NCBI GenBank assembly: GCA_001643675.2
Contig: LSRY02000014.1
Location: 1,116,001 to 1,180,000 of the forward strand
Direction: 5' to 3'
Length of the DNA: 64,000 nt
DNA from: Monocercomonoides exilis PA203
Taxonomy: Eukaryota; Protista; Preaxostyla
Shown here: in pieces, positions 52,266 to 64,000 of the stretch
How positions within the stretch are numbered: the first letter of the stretch is position 1
Layout: the number at the start of each line of letters is the position of its first letter
Notes under the pieces: generated by a model
The model's database searches: none
Told to the model about the DNA's origin: nothing
The model's input: the letters and a program-made list of their open reading frames with translations, nothing else
Position numbers and translations under genes: made by a program

Positions 52266-53600
52266 TCAATTAAAATGAAGATAAATGTCAATTTCATGAG
52301 GCAAAAAATAGATAAATTTCATTTCATAAGTGTGATAGCTGATGATTGCATCTTCATATCCTTCTTCCTCCATTTTTTCAAATATGTTTCTTTTTATCAC
52401 TTTCTGTTTGATTCTATTTTCCTTATAGTTTTCTTCTTCTCCTTTTGTTTCATTTGTTTCGTCAGACTCATCGTCCAATCTTCGTGAAAGAAGGTGAAAG
52501 AATTTCAAACATGCCTCCGTTTTCTCTCTTTCCGTACTTAAAAGCATTGTTTCTTCTAATATCAAATTAAATGCACCGCCTTCCAGCAAATATTCAATTT
52601 TCAAACTCCTATTTTCAATTATTCTGTAAAAAAGATAAAAGTATTCAAAAGTGATTTCTTTGAAATTTTTCTTTGATGATCTGTACACTTTAACAATGTT
52701 TTCAATCAGATGAATATTATCTTCGCCTCCACGACATCTTTCAGAAACGTAATATTCTATAATTGATAAAGTCCATCTTTTAATTGTCCACACATTTGGC
52801 TTTTCTTTTTCTTTTTTCGCATCTTTCTTCCAATCCACTCCTCTATCAAGCTCCTCTAATTCTCTCGCAGCTTCACTCACGAAATGAAGCTCTTCCACAT
52901 ATTCTTTTAATTCTTGTTGATGGACAATTCTGTAAAACAAAAACTTCCAAGTCGATTGATATGCAAGTTGAGTGAGGTTGCGATGTTCCTGGTGGTATTT
53001 GATGATTTCCACAATCTGATTCAAATACAACTCTTTTCTAGCTTCCTATAGATTCATTTTAAAATTAAATAAAGATTAAAAAAGATGTAATGATCCATGA
53101 TACCTTGACATTTGACAGTTCACTCAAAGATAGCAAAGCCATTTCTACGTCTTTTTGTGTTTCTTCGTTTTTCTCCTTATTTGAAGAGACTTTTAAAAGA
53201 CAACGTAAACAAATTGAAAGAAATTCATCTGTCTCGTATATTCCAAATAGTAATGCATAACATTCACAAAAATCAACCAGCAAATTTCCATTCATATCTT
53301 CTTTCTTTTCTTCATCAATTATCATAGTTTTAAATTGGTAACGCAACCAAGAATCGCAAGTAAACGAAACGTGAACACGTTTCAAAGCTTTTAAATATCC
53401 AACACGTTTTGATATCAAAATGAAATTTTCCAATGAAATTTTCTTCCCTTTCATTATTTCTTCAATTATATAATACACATCGTCATTGTAGAAGGATTCC
53501 AATTCTTTAATATTGATTTTGTTCATTTCATTGTAAATTTCATCAAATTTCTGTTTTTGTTCAGAAGTTGTACAATGTTCAAGTCGAAAAAACAATTCTG
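52266..53600 (-). CDS. Member of a lineage-specific multicopy helical-protein family
   Basis: ORFs 53065-53595 and 52266-53030 are joined by an intron (~53048-53103). Motifs EETQKDVEMALLSLS, ELYLNQIVEIIKYHQEHRNLTQLAYQ, FEKMEEEGYEDAI. Start uncertain. Confidence 0.7.
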
Positions 53601-54284
53601 TGGATTAGATATTAGCGAAGAAAAAAAAAAGAAAGAAAGAAAGGATATTTAAAAAAAAAAAGTAATCATTAAAACCGAAAATGAAAGAAGTCTGATTATG
53701 TTCTTGTTGATAAGGTCTAAGGTGTTATTTCATCCATAAATCAAAGAATCAGAGCGTTCAAATTTGTAAAAATTTTTTGATATTTCATTATTTGATGTCT
53801 CAAATTTAAAAAGAAACAAAAGATAAACTCATTCATATTTATGTTGAGATTTGCTATTACGATAATTCAGTTAAAAAATAATGGTTTTATTTTTTGAATG
53901 CATCTGATATTTGATGCACTGTATTTGTCAACTCTATTCATCATATTATTAAAATTATTTAGAAAAAAATCTTTGTGTAAAATTTTCTCATTTTTTTTAT
54001 TTTTTGTTTTCTTTCTCTTTCTATTAAAATTGAACAAAAAATGCATATTTCGTTTTTGCAAGGGTTTTCTTTTGTTTTTTTTTTTAATTTTTCCATAAAA
54101 ATCTGATCAAGAATACAGAATTACGAGAGTGTGACAAAAGAATAGAAACGATAAGTGTGTCGAATCTGCTTCATATCCATTCTCTTTTAATTGCAAATTC
54201 ATTTTTGAAAAAAACAAATGTTCTCAGAATTAACAATGAAAAATTTTCATTTTTGCAACTCAAGTCGAACAAATAACAAACAAG

Positions 54285-54974
54285 ATGGATGCAATTGCTG
54301 AAAAAGGGGGAACAAATTTTTTTCAAGAGTTATCTTCAAAAGAAGAGGTTTTAAGTTTATTTATTTTTTGATATTGAAACATTCCACATTTGTTGTTAAA
54401 ATTATTTATGTAGAATTGTTTTCTGAAACAGAGCACTTCCACTGAAAGAATATATTCAGAAAATCCACAAATTGAATGGAAGGATTGAAGAAATAGATAA
54501 AAGTGAACTTTTTTTATATTTTTTCAACAGAAATATTTTTGTGAATTTTCAGAATGATCAAAGAAATGAAAGCGCATTTGGACAATGTCCTGATGTTATT
54601 AAAGCAAATAGGATATTGCAAAATAATCAATAGAACAATTAGAAATGATGCATATTCTATTCATTGTCAAAAAAAAGCCAGAGATGATGATGAAAATGAG
54701 AAAATAAAAAGATGAGAAGCTTATGACTGATCATTGCGAATGTTATCTTTTGCTTAACGAGGAGCTTTTGTGTGAAGTGCTTTCTATTTGCGTGCCCTGT
54801 CTTCTGAAAGTTTCTTCGAAGAAAGAGGAAAAAATGGAAGCTCAAGGGGAAGTGGAAGTGGCATTGCTTGCATTGAGCAAGACAGGATATCAAGAATGAG
54901 TGTTTATATTTTTCTTTCATTATATTGATTTTTTTCCCCTATATTTCTAATATGTTTATCGAACGAGAACTGTC
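54285..54974 (+). pseudogene. 5' half of a decayed paralog of 52266-53600
   Basis: CVPCLLKVSSKKEEKMEAQGEVEVALLALS...IERELx, with stops and frameshifts. Confidence 0.7.
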
Positions 54975-57550
54975 CCATTGGTGCTTAACCCGCACCCTGG
55001 TGCCAAACCCGCCCCCTCTCAATTTTGCAAAACACAAATATAATTGTTTTTATTTCTACAGATTTCTTCATATTCGCTTAAAAAAAGAAAAGGAATATAT
55101 GATTGAAATGAAATGATTTCATTAAAATGTTCTGCAAAAGTTTATAAATAATTAAATATCAATCTTCAAATAACTTTGAACAAAGCATTCTCCATTGTCG
55201 CTAGAAGTGAGAACAGCAAAAGCATTATTCATTTGTTTTTCTTTATTGATCTCAACATTTCGCGGTTCCAAACTTTTTTATTGATAAAAGAAAGATCGAT
55301 AGAAAGAAACTACAACGACAAAGAAGAATAATATTTTTTGCGATATTCAATTTCTTTTTTACTAAAAGCCGGTGAAAGTGCTCTTTGAATTGGCTTTTCA
55401 ATTTCCATTTTTCTTCTTTCCTCAAAATAGCTTCCTCTACTTACATCATCGTGCACGATTTCATATATTTTCTTTTTCTTTTTCTGCTTCATTTCTCTTT
55501 TATCTTCATCTGAAGTAGAGCTTTACAAAATAATAAAAATTTTTTTTCAAAAATGCTTTGTTTAAAGGTTGAAGAAGTCGAAGAAGCTTTTAAATTTTCA
55601 ATTTCTTTATATTTCGATCGAATAAATTCAAAATACTTTTCAGCATCTTCAAGTTGTTTTTTCAACTCAAAGCTATCCAAATCTTCAATAATTGTTGTTG
55701 AATTTAATTCGTGATCATCAGATGGAGAAGAACAGGTAGGAATGTTTGATGAAGTTGATTTTGCGGAGTTTTCTTTTTCTACAGAATAAATATCTGATGG
55801 TTTTGATGAAGCTGAAACACTTTGCCTTTTTGGTGGAGAATAGCCTCCAAAAAGTTTTTCACGCCAATCTTGAGACGAAGAATGAAGATCTTCTTTCAAT
55901 GCAGAGGTTTCAATAGGTGCTCCTGCCACTCTTGAGAGCACAAGGGCCGCAGCAACAGGCCAAACTCCTTTCTTTATGAATGCTGCTTTTATTGTTGAAA
56001 GTGTCCATGCAGATGCCAAGGCTTCAGGAAGAACTTCTGCGAGTTGTGTTCGATAAGAAGAGAGGGAGAATGGAGATGGAATGACAAATTTGTTGTTCAA
56101 TGTTGATTTCAGTCGAGAAAAGATACAGGAATCGCACGGTTGAAGAAAGTGTGTCATGCTGGGTGGGAATCGCTTCAAAATGATGTTGTTTTTTTCAGCG
56201 GCTTCTATTACAAATTCATCATTATGTGTTGAATGATTGTCCATCAACAGAAGAGCGCTATGAAAGCTGGTTGGTTTGACTTTCTCTGCGATTAATGGAA
56301 TCCAACAATTGATCATGATATGTCTGAAGATTTCTTTCGAAATCCACCCCGAAGAAGAGTTGATATATCTGATATCAAATGATGATAGAGAACGAAACTC
56401 TTTCGGGAGTGTTTTCTTAGGGAAAAGAAGAAAACGAGGCAACGAAGATCCGTCAGCGCAGACACAGAGGCAAATTGTGGCATTCGGTTCTTTTGGAGGC
56501 GATGGAACGGCTGGAGGAGTTTGATCTTTGAAGCAAACAACCAATTTTGATGATGATTCCCCGCAAGTGATTGAAGTTTCGTCGAAATTGCATATGTCGG
56601 ATGATGTGATGTTATAGTCTGAAATTAAAGCTGACAGTTCTGAAAACCATCTGCTAATTCTTTCTTGTGACTGTGCTTTGATTTTTGCAACTTCTATTGG
56701 CCTAGCAATAGCGGCTTTCAAAATTTCGCTTCGTAGAATTAATTTGTATGTATATTTTTTATTGATCATTTTCAAATCATTCTTAGTTTTTGGATCATTT
56801 TCAATCAGATCAACACACCAAACCATTTAAAAAAGTTTAAAAAAACTTTGAAAATGAATATTACAAACCATGTTTTGCACATCACGAATTCGAACAATTG
56901 TTTGGTTAGACAATAGAACCAAAACTTGGTTTTCAATTGTTTCCAACTGGTTGTCTGTGAATATTTGTGGATGTCCATTCCTTCCGACCTCTCTTCCTGC
57001 TTCCTCTGCTCTTATCCCTCGTTTCCAAGCATCCTTTGGAATAACTTTGGCTTTCATAGCAGTTGAATATTTAACTTTGAAACTCTGCCGAATTGCAAAT
57101 AGCTTTTTTGATGGGGATTTGAACGCGCGATGTTCTTAGTTGCCAGAACTCTGTTCAATTGAGATGATGATAATTCTGTTTTTTCTGTCATCAAAATTGG
57201 GAATGATCAATTACTCCAGAATTATCAAAATTAATGTTTCTATCATAGGCAATCCTTTTCAGATGGATGGTTTGTTATTTTGTAAATATATATCTTTATT
57301 GAAACAATGAAATTATCAACTTTCCAAATTTTTGCAGAAAATCAAATATGGGAATGAAATAAAAAATAGCAACATTCAGCTGGAAGAAGACATGATGAAG
57401 AAGAAGAACGATTGTTTTTTCATTATAAAACACAATTTCGATTGTTTTTGAAATGTTTTTATTTCTATTGTTTATAATAATAAAAAACAACAGAATGCTG
57501 CATTAAGAGGGGGCGGGTTTGGCACCAGGGTGCGGGTCAAGCACCGATGG
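54975..57550 (-). mobile_element. pogo/Tigger-like (DDE_1) DNA transposon with ~48-bp TIRs
   Basis: CCATTGGTGCTTAACCCGCACCCTGGTGCCAAACCCGCCCCCTCT at 54975 and its reverse complement ending at 57550 (2 mismatches in this stretch). Right flank TA, left flank TC. Confidence 0.93.
55489..57191 (-). CDS. DDE_1 transposase; catalytic ORF 55489-56826 intact, N-terminal part damaged
   Basis: CNFDET, CVCADGSSLP, NSSSGWISKEIF, LLLMDNHSTH, FPPSMTHFLQPCD. Upstream exon ...EVGRNGHPQIFTDNQL...VQNM. Confidence 0.85.
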
Positions 57551-58230
57551 TATTTGAATGAAATCAAAGAAATCATCAAAAATCATCAGGAACGCAACAA
57601 TCTTTGAAAGTTCGCATGTCAGCGTGCTTGGCGGTTGTTGATAAATCGATTATTTTTCGATGTGAATTTAGAAGAGGTGATTGTGAATGAGCTGCATTTT
57701 ACGAGAGAAGCAAGAAGAGAATTGGTAGAATCGATGAAATGTGTAATTTGGAGAGAAGGGAAGAGGAAAAGGGAGGAAAAATTGAGAAAGAAAAGATCAT
57801 CATCGGGAGATGGTTATCAGAAATTTATGATTTCTTTCATTTGTGCAAATTGAGGAATGAAGAATTTTTCGACTTATCAACAGCATTGTGAGAGTGTTTC
57901 GAGCTGCAAGAAAAAATAAAAGAGAAATTTGCGACTGGCGCATTTATTCCTTGAGGAATGCAGCAGAAAATAGAAATGTGAACGTTGAAGGGTTTCAAAA
58001 AGTCGGAGCTGTTGATGCTGTTTAGGAGTGACACAAAAACGAACAATGCATGTTATTTTTTATGAATGTTTCAAGGAAATTGAAATGGAAGAAGAAAGAT
58101 GGAAAAGATAAAGCGAAAAGAAAGGACCAAAATAGAGATGTTTGAAAGGATGAAAGAAGAAGTATGAAGATTGCGTTATCGAACTGCACTTTGCCCAAAT
58201 CAAAGGAGTTCATCGCGATTATTATTTGAG
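57551..58230 (+). pseudogene. 3' half of the transposon-interrupted paralog
   Basis: Resumes YLNEIKEIIKNHQE...LEEVIVNELHFTREARREL, with stops and frameshifts. Confidence 0.75.
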
Positions 58231-59553
58231 CAGAAAGCTGGAAAGCTATTCAATACATCCGGAAAGAAGATGGCTTTTTTTCATTGAGTTCGTGTGACAC
58301 ATCGTCATCTTGGAAATGTGGAAAAAAAGAATGCGGAAAAAAAGAAAGAGAAGAAGATGAAGCATGATGATAACGGCAGGAAATAAATAAATGAAAAGAA
58401 ATATGAAGAAAAGAGACAAACCATGATATTATTTTTGATTCTGAAGAGATGGCTTCAGCTGGATTTGCTGTATTATCAATAAAAAGCATTTGATTCCCAT
58501 TCATATCAGTCTTTACCCTGTTGATGTCTTTCGCTTCTTCTTCTTCTTTTTCTTTTTCTGCTATCACTCTTACTTGTCTTCATTGCTTTTATCGACATTT
58601 CAATAATAGACCATTTTATCCACCATTTTTGCTTTGACTTCGTCTTCATATTCATCTTCATCTTTGTTCCGCAGGTTGTTCGTTGGAAGCGTTCAAAGGA
58701 TGCTATCAAACATATACAGCTGATTTATGCTGCAGTTGCTGGGTCGTGAGAATGCTGAGTGAGTGAGCTTTGGGAGAAGACAATGTGAATGTCTTTGGTT
58801 TGGATCGCTGTTGGAAGAAGAGGGGAAAGAGAGGGATATGGAATAATATTCGAAAGAATGAAAGAGGAGTTTGGGAGAAGAAAGGAGGACGAAATGAGGA
58901 CGAAAGAGGACAAACAGTAATAATTGGAGATTATTATCTGAAAGAATGAAAAAAATGTCAAACAGAAGCATTTTTTGGGGAGAAGAGGTTGTTAGGTAAA
59001 AAAGAAATTGGATGACAGACGAGCCAGCTGTCTCTTACAGAAAGGCAATTTACACTCACAAAAGACTGCTTGTGAAGAGGAGTCATTCGAAGCTAGAAGA
59101 AACGCAGGCGCGAAATAAGAAACTGTTGAATCTGAATGCGTTCATGTGTCACAATTCTTTTTGAACTGTTTGAGGTTTCAATGAATTGTTTTCTTTGCTG
59201 TTGGAAATGTTGGAGCCGAAATAGGAAAAAATGAATGGTTATATGTGTTTTAAATTCCAGTTTTTTACTTCAGGAATGTTCCTTTGCACTTCAACTGTAA
59301 ATGAAGCATGCGATAAAAAAAAAGAAAGTCTCATCACTTTTGAAAAACAAATAAGTGAATAATGAATAGAACAAATATTAATTTGAAAAGTTTGTTAACA
59401 AAAGTTAAATGAATTTTTTTTAACTTTTGTTTTAATATTCATTTTTTCTTGTTTATGTCCGATATTAATTTGCAGAATCATATTTATGTGAAAAATTTTT
59501 GATCAAATAATATAATATTTAATCAATTATTTAATTATCTGTTTTAATTGGGC

Positions 59554-62500
59554 ATGAGCGGATGTTCGCTTTTTTTGATTTGTCTACTCATCGCCAAAGC
59601 GTTTGAAGAACAAGATGTGTTTCGATTTTTTGAGTCAGAACAACAGGATACTTGCTCTGAAACATATCTGCACAATAACCGTGCTTATTCAAATAAAGGA
59701 GGCCCAGAAAATAAATATTTATGTTTAAAGAACGCTCATGCAAGTTTGATTTTACTAAGTATATTTTCTGAAGTGAAAGGATTGCATCAAGTTCCATCAA
59801 GTGCGTTAAATTCGTTTTTTGAATTCTTCAACTCCTCTGCTTTATTACAAAGTATTGCAATTGGATACACAAATTATCCATTTATGATAATTACAGGAAA
59901 ATCAACTGTAATTGTGGATTCCTGCATTTCTCACCAAAAATTGGTAACTCCATTTCATTTGCAAAGTGGGACAATCTGCCTTTCAAACCTGAGTTTGATC
60001 CCCCAAAAGAATCTTTGTCCTTCCAGCCTCATATTTTCATCTGATGATTCGAATTCTGTCATTTTGAGAAATTCCATCGTTGCAGATCTGACTGTTTCAT
60101 CATCGGACTATTTCCTGTTGTCTGGAAAGAGCAAAATGAAACAGATTGATCATTGTGCCTTCAGTAACATGTCTGTGAAATATGACAAGAACAGTGATTA
60201 CCAGATGGACCATTCATACTTGTTCAGTTCAATGGAGAACAGCCTCATTTATTCGTGTGTGAATGTCTTTGAAGGAGGGATTTCGAGTGGATCTTATTCT
60301 TCACACGAATTTGTCTGCAAAAACACAACAATAAGCAACGGGAAAAGAGAAACAAATGCTCTTCAGAAAAAAAGAAAAACTGAATATTACAGATAGTCAA
60401 TCGTTTTCGTTGTGTGAATGGATTGATTGCACAGCACCACAAGGAGGCGCTCTTTATGTTCATGACAATGAAAATGCTATTCTCACTGTTGAAAATTGTT
60501 CATTTTCAAGATGCATTTCTTCAACAAAAGGTGGAGCAATATATGCTTTGAAGATTGCAGAATGTATTGTGCGACACACAACATTTGCTGAATGTTCAGC
60601 ACAAGCCACCTCGGACTTTGGAGGAGGAGGAATTATGGCTGAGAATGCGTATGTCCAGTCAATGGTTGATGATTGCTATTTTCAAAACTGTTCTTCGGGA
60701 AACGATGGAGGGGCAATAAACCTACGACCAACAATGACAATTAAACAAAAACGTTGCATTATTAATTCTGTCTTTTTGCTTTGCCATTCAACACTTGATT
60801 GTGGAGGCGCTGTTATGCATTGGAACTGCACTGATCAAGTTGTAATTTCAAATTGTTTATTTTATCATTGCTCTTCATTTTATGCAGGTGCAGTTTGCTT
60901 GTTGCTGAATACAAATAATAATGGTATTTTGTTTTATTACTGTTTCTTTCATAACAATACTTGTAATGAAGGTGGACGTGATATTATTCTTCATGGTTCA
61001 ACATCTAATAATATTGATCCAACTTGCTATTCGACAAGGCAAACATCATACAGAGTTAGTACAAATTGGAATCAGACTTCAGACAGAAGCGAATGGCTTC
61101 GCAATGATTTTGGAAATGTGAGATTTGTTTCTTCAACTGATTCACAACCAAAAGGCAACGACACATATGCTTGTGGAATTTATGAATCATATCCATGCAG
61201 CACGATCAGCCGTTGCCTCACACAACTCATTCCAGACTTGGTTCCCAATGTAGAAGTATCTTCGGGAACGATTATCGAAACAAATAGTTTTGATTGTGGA
61301 GTCAACACTTTTACTGTTTATGGCCAAAGCAATATGAGCACAGCAATCCATTCAGAATTTGAAGCATCTGGGTTGTCTCTATTTTCAGTCTCAACAGGCA
61401 CATTGGCTGCCAGAGACTTTGTTCTTGTGCATGACTCGGATCATCCGAATAATCGTGGGTCAAGGCTGTTTGAGATAAGTGGAGCAGGAGGAATGAGCAT
61501 CAGCAGAGTGAACATAACTTTTGGGAGCAGACAATCAGCAGAAACAGCATTTTCGACAGAACTGATCAATGCCCAGAATGGGATGTTTCAGATGGAACAT
61601 GTGAACTGGGCAAAGACGATTTCCAGAAATTCACTGTTTTCGCTTTCTTCAACAAATGAGATTTCATTGGCACTTTCCGAGTGTGCATTTGATGGGATTG
61701 AGAGAACAACGAGCGGAGCAGCTGTAATGTCATTTTCCAATGACAAGGTAAATATCGATATGGATTTTTGCACATTTAAAGGTTGTGGAAGCAGAACATC
61801 TGCTGATGGGGGATCGATGATGCTGTGCGTTAGTGATAGAAATGAAGTGAAAGTGAAAGGCGGTAATTTTGATGAATGCTATTGTTCAGCATCATATGGA
61901 CTTGGAGGAGGAATCCTTCTTCGATTGCTGAATGAAAATCCCAATTTCATGATTTCTTCTTCATTCGGAACAAACACAGCCAAATGGGGGAATGATATCT
62001 TTGTTATTTCACCCAATCTGCAAGCAATCGCCAATCTTCAAAAGATTTCTTGCGTTTCAGCCACTTTGGATTCTTTTGACAAAGTTCGAGGATATGACAA
62101 TGGAAACAACAGTGTTGCCATTCCTCTCTGCATCTATCTCCTCCCCACTCCAGAAGAAATACATGTGAGCAACGTCGAGGCATCTGACCATTCTCATTGT
62201 GGAATTGTCCAATTCCCTTGCTTGACTTTGAAGCACTCGCTCACAAGGCAAGAAGCTTCAAAACGTGTGGTTATGAGTGGAATGATTATGATGAGCGATG
62301 AATTGGCCTTAGCTGGACAGAAACATGAAATCCGAGGAAATGATGATCAAAGTGGTTGGACAATCTCTGATTCAAGTTCAACATCCAATTCATCGATGAT
62401 TTCAGCAAGTGTTGAAACAGAATTATCAAAACTCATCTTTTCTCTTCCATCTTCCCTTCCTCTTCACTCCACTTTCATTTCGTCATCTTCATCATCAATA

Positions 62501-64000
62501 ACTCTGTCTCAATGTTCTCTTTCTCTTCAAGATCCATCATCAGAATTGACATTTCTGTTCTTGTCTGTTGAGTCAGGGATCTTAGCCATCGACACATTCT
62601 CAGCTTCATCAATTGTATTGAGAAGAAATCCTCTGATTTCATTGTCTGGAAGTGGAACAAATACCGAGTTGATGAGCACTCTGTGGTTGAACATGACGAA
62701 ATGCCATTTCACAAATGTGGAAAGATCAGCGGGAAGTGGAGGCTGTGTGAGTATTGACAACAGCAACGATGAAAATTCAAATGGTGAAATAATTATTGAA
62801 GGATGTGATTTTGATGAATCCTCTGTTTTCGCTGATGGAAGCAGAGGAGGGGCCATTGATGCTCAGTTGAAAGGGAATACGCATTTGGATATTATTTCAT
62901 GCACATTCACAGGATGCACAGCACCAGCTAAAGAAGAGAAGACTGGGTTTGGAGGAGGAATTGCACTGAAGCTGATTGATGATGATTCTTCATTTGTGAT
63001 CTCATCCCCTGTTTTTGATGCTAGCAAGCCAAATGTTGCGAAATATGGAAATGACCTGTTTATCGAATCATCAAACTTGACAAAGAGCATCACAAACTCC
63101 TCCCTTCCATTTGTATCTGAGCATTTAAATAACATTTCGTTGGATTCATTGAGCGGCTTTGATGGGAGCGACACAACGAATGCCATTCCACTGCTCAATT
63201 TCTGGCGAGCGATTGGGTCAGAGATATTTATTGGGAGCGAAGGTTGCGATGTGTGCGTGTGTGGATTCTCAGATTATCCTTGTCTGTCGATGGATCATTC
63301 GTTGACAAGACTGGCAGAAGGAAATGAAAGGAATATCAACATCATTGGAAAAGGGAATCTTCAGAAAAGTGTTGATGTGAGTGGAATATCAGTGAAATCG
63401 GATAAGAGCAGCATGTGCTCATTGGAATGTGTCTTATCACTTGAACCAGTCCAAGATACTGCAATGAAAATTTCTGGAATTACATATTTCGAACTGATAA
63501 ACTTTGTGATTCCATCGTCATTCACGAATGGGCTGAATGTTTTGTTACAAGTTGGATCGAGTGAAGGATTGTTGACTGTAAAAGATTGTTCATTCAGCAA
63601 AAATGAGGAAAGCAGAGAAGAAGAAATAATAAACTTTGGGTTGATAAAAGCAGATGGAGGAATAGTTCAGTTGGAATTTGTGACGATTCAATCACTTTGC
63701 TTTTCACAAGATATTATTTCTGTGTTGTCAACAACAGCATTGAACATTAATAATCTGACAATGAAGAATGTTGAGCTGGAAGGAGCAAGCGGATTGAGTA
63801 TTTCAAAGAGTTCAATGAGAGAAAAAAATGAAATTGATCAAGATGTTCTCGTTGAGTGGAGCTCATTCGAAGAAGTCACTCAGAACACAATCAATGATAT
63901 TCCTATCATTCGAAATGATAATGATGAGCCATTGAAAATTGATATCAGAAACACAACGATGAAGAGATGCGGAGGAACAAGGTGTAGAAAGGGTGGAGGT
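59554..64000 (+). CDS. Giant surface protein of the same beta-helix-type family; frameshift in an A-run near 60370; runs off the window
   Basis: Signal peptide MSGCSLFLICLLIA. After the shift: SFSLCEWIDCTAPQGGALYVH, GGAI repeats, CGIYESYPCSTI, IPLCIYL. The ORF track lists no terminated ORF in this frame, which implies it is open to the end. Confidence 0.75.

Noticed and set aside
58250-59300. Short ORFs in a purine-rich stretch
   Set aside because: No recognisable motifs; possibly decayed coding DNA, but not assignable.

Overview
Eukaryotic genomic DNA with AT-rich spacers and short GT-AG introns, using the standard genetic code. Gene families, poly-Ser tracts and intron style suggest the oxymonad Monocercomonoides; this is inference, not a database match. 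Conserved genes: TrpRS, an expanded Vps41, an RPAP3-like TPR protein, a FAM133-like protein, a Rad6-type E2 (with a GC-AG intron), an EMSY ENT-domain protein, a kinesin-1 with a B-box in its stalk, and a large NT-C2/coiled-coil/Dilute-domain gene. The last lies head-to-head with the kinesin and has two in-frame stops. Near both window ends are giant beta-helix-type surface protein genes; the left one has a pseudokinase tail and is disrupted. Mobile DNA: (1) a 2.9-kb element with ~555-bp near-identical inverted arms, each with its own terminal inverted repeats (TIRs), around a decayed pogo/DDE_1 transposase; (2) a run of back-to-back hairpin/MITE-like elements at 28.3-30.0 kb; (3) a nearly intact pogo-like transposon inserted into the TA of a Tyr codon of a lineage-specific pseudogene. 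No rRNA, tRNA or CRISPR arrays were recognised. Exon boundaries and domain calls were made by eye.
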